From Octopus sinensis (Eukaryota): a stretch of DNA of 64,000 bases. Below, one piece after another: positions 63,563 to 64,000 of the stretch. Each line of letters opens with the position of its first letter. Within the stretch, counting starts at the first letter, position 1. The stretch lies in NCBI RefSeq assembly GCF_006345805.1, contig NC_043002.1, positions 46,872,001 through 46,936,000 on the forward strand. Direction: 5' to 3'. Below the pieces are notes generated by a model. It did not search any database. It saw only the letters and a list, made by a program, of their open reading frames with translations, and was not told where the DNA came from. The position numbers and the translations under genes were made by a program.

Positions 63563-64000
63563 ACTCCTTGAGAAAGCTAAGAACAGTATAATTAATTTAT
63601 ATCAACTTTTGCTGACTAGCTCTTCCTAACATATTCGTACTCATTTTTATTTTGCATCAACTTATTTTTGAAATGTAGCATTCAAAAATCTGCTGTCTTT
63701 TGACCCAAGCTTTTAATTTTTAGCGATAATTCCCTATTGCTTTTTGCTGCTATCTTGAGGTAGGACTTTCCCCTCAAAATGCAGCCATTATACATGTATG
63801 TTTATAATGTAGTGACCCTCATACAAGCGAGTGACGTTTTATTTGTTCACCAATTTTTACCAGTTTATTAGAGCAATGAGAGGGTAGTACCTCTCAGCCA
63901 CTGGTTACATAAGCAGAACTCAAAGTTCTCTCTCTCTCTCTCTACTTCCCTTTTTCTCTCTTTGGTAGAACTCAGTGAGAGAATGAAGCAATCTACAACT

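Overview
AT-rich (roughly one-third GC by eye), repeat-saturated eukaryotic DNA. The retroposon families resemble those I know from Octopus, so the species assignment is an inference. One host gene is securely supported: the 5' part of a class-I myosin (MYO1C/Myo61F-like) on the minus strand. It has seven GT-AG coding exons (20651 to 61) giving 304 aa of motor domain, including the P-loop and switch I; the gene continues beyond base 1 and its first exon/TSS is not located. The rest is mostly mobile DNA: a full-length Tc1 (DD34E) lying sense in myosin intron 5, a full-length irritans-type mariner (DD34D), a 3.1-kb frame-intact CR1/L2-group LINE, many RTE 3' fragments, a Tx1/L1 3' end, two Helitron 3' remnants, hAT and TTAA (piggyBac-like) MITEs, several tRNA-derived SINE families and microsatellites. 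No rRNA, genuine tRNA gene or CRISPR array is supported. The most notable observations are four. (1) A LINE 3' tail is shared with the dominant SINE and has a covarying stem-loop (candidate LINE/SINE partner pair). (2) The Tc1 is configured as a splice-acceptor/ORF/polyA cassette in phase with the myosin exons and carries a perfect ETS-CRE motif. (3) RTE 3'UTRs are modular around a constant terminal hairpin. (4) There are several unexplained palindromic or inverted structures. I found no evidence sufficient to claim a wholly new biological system.
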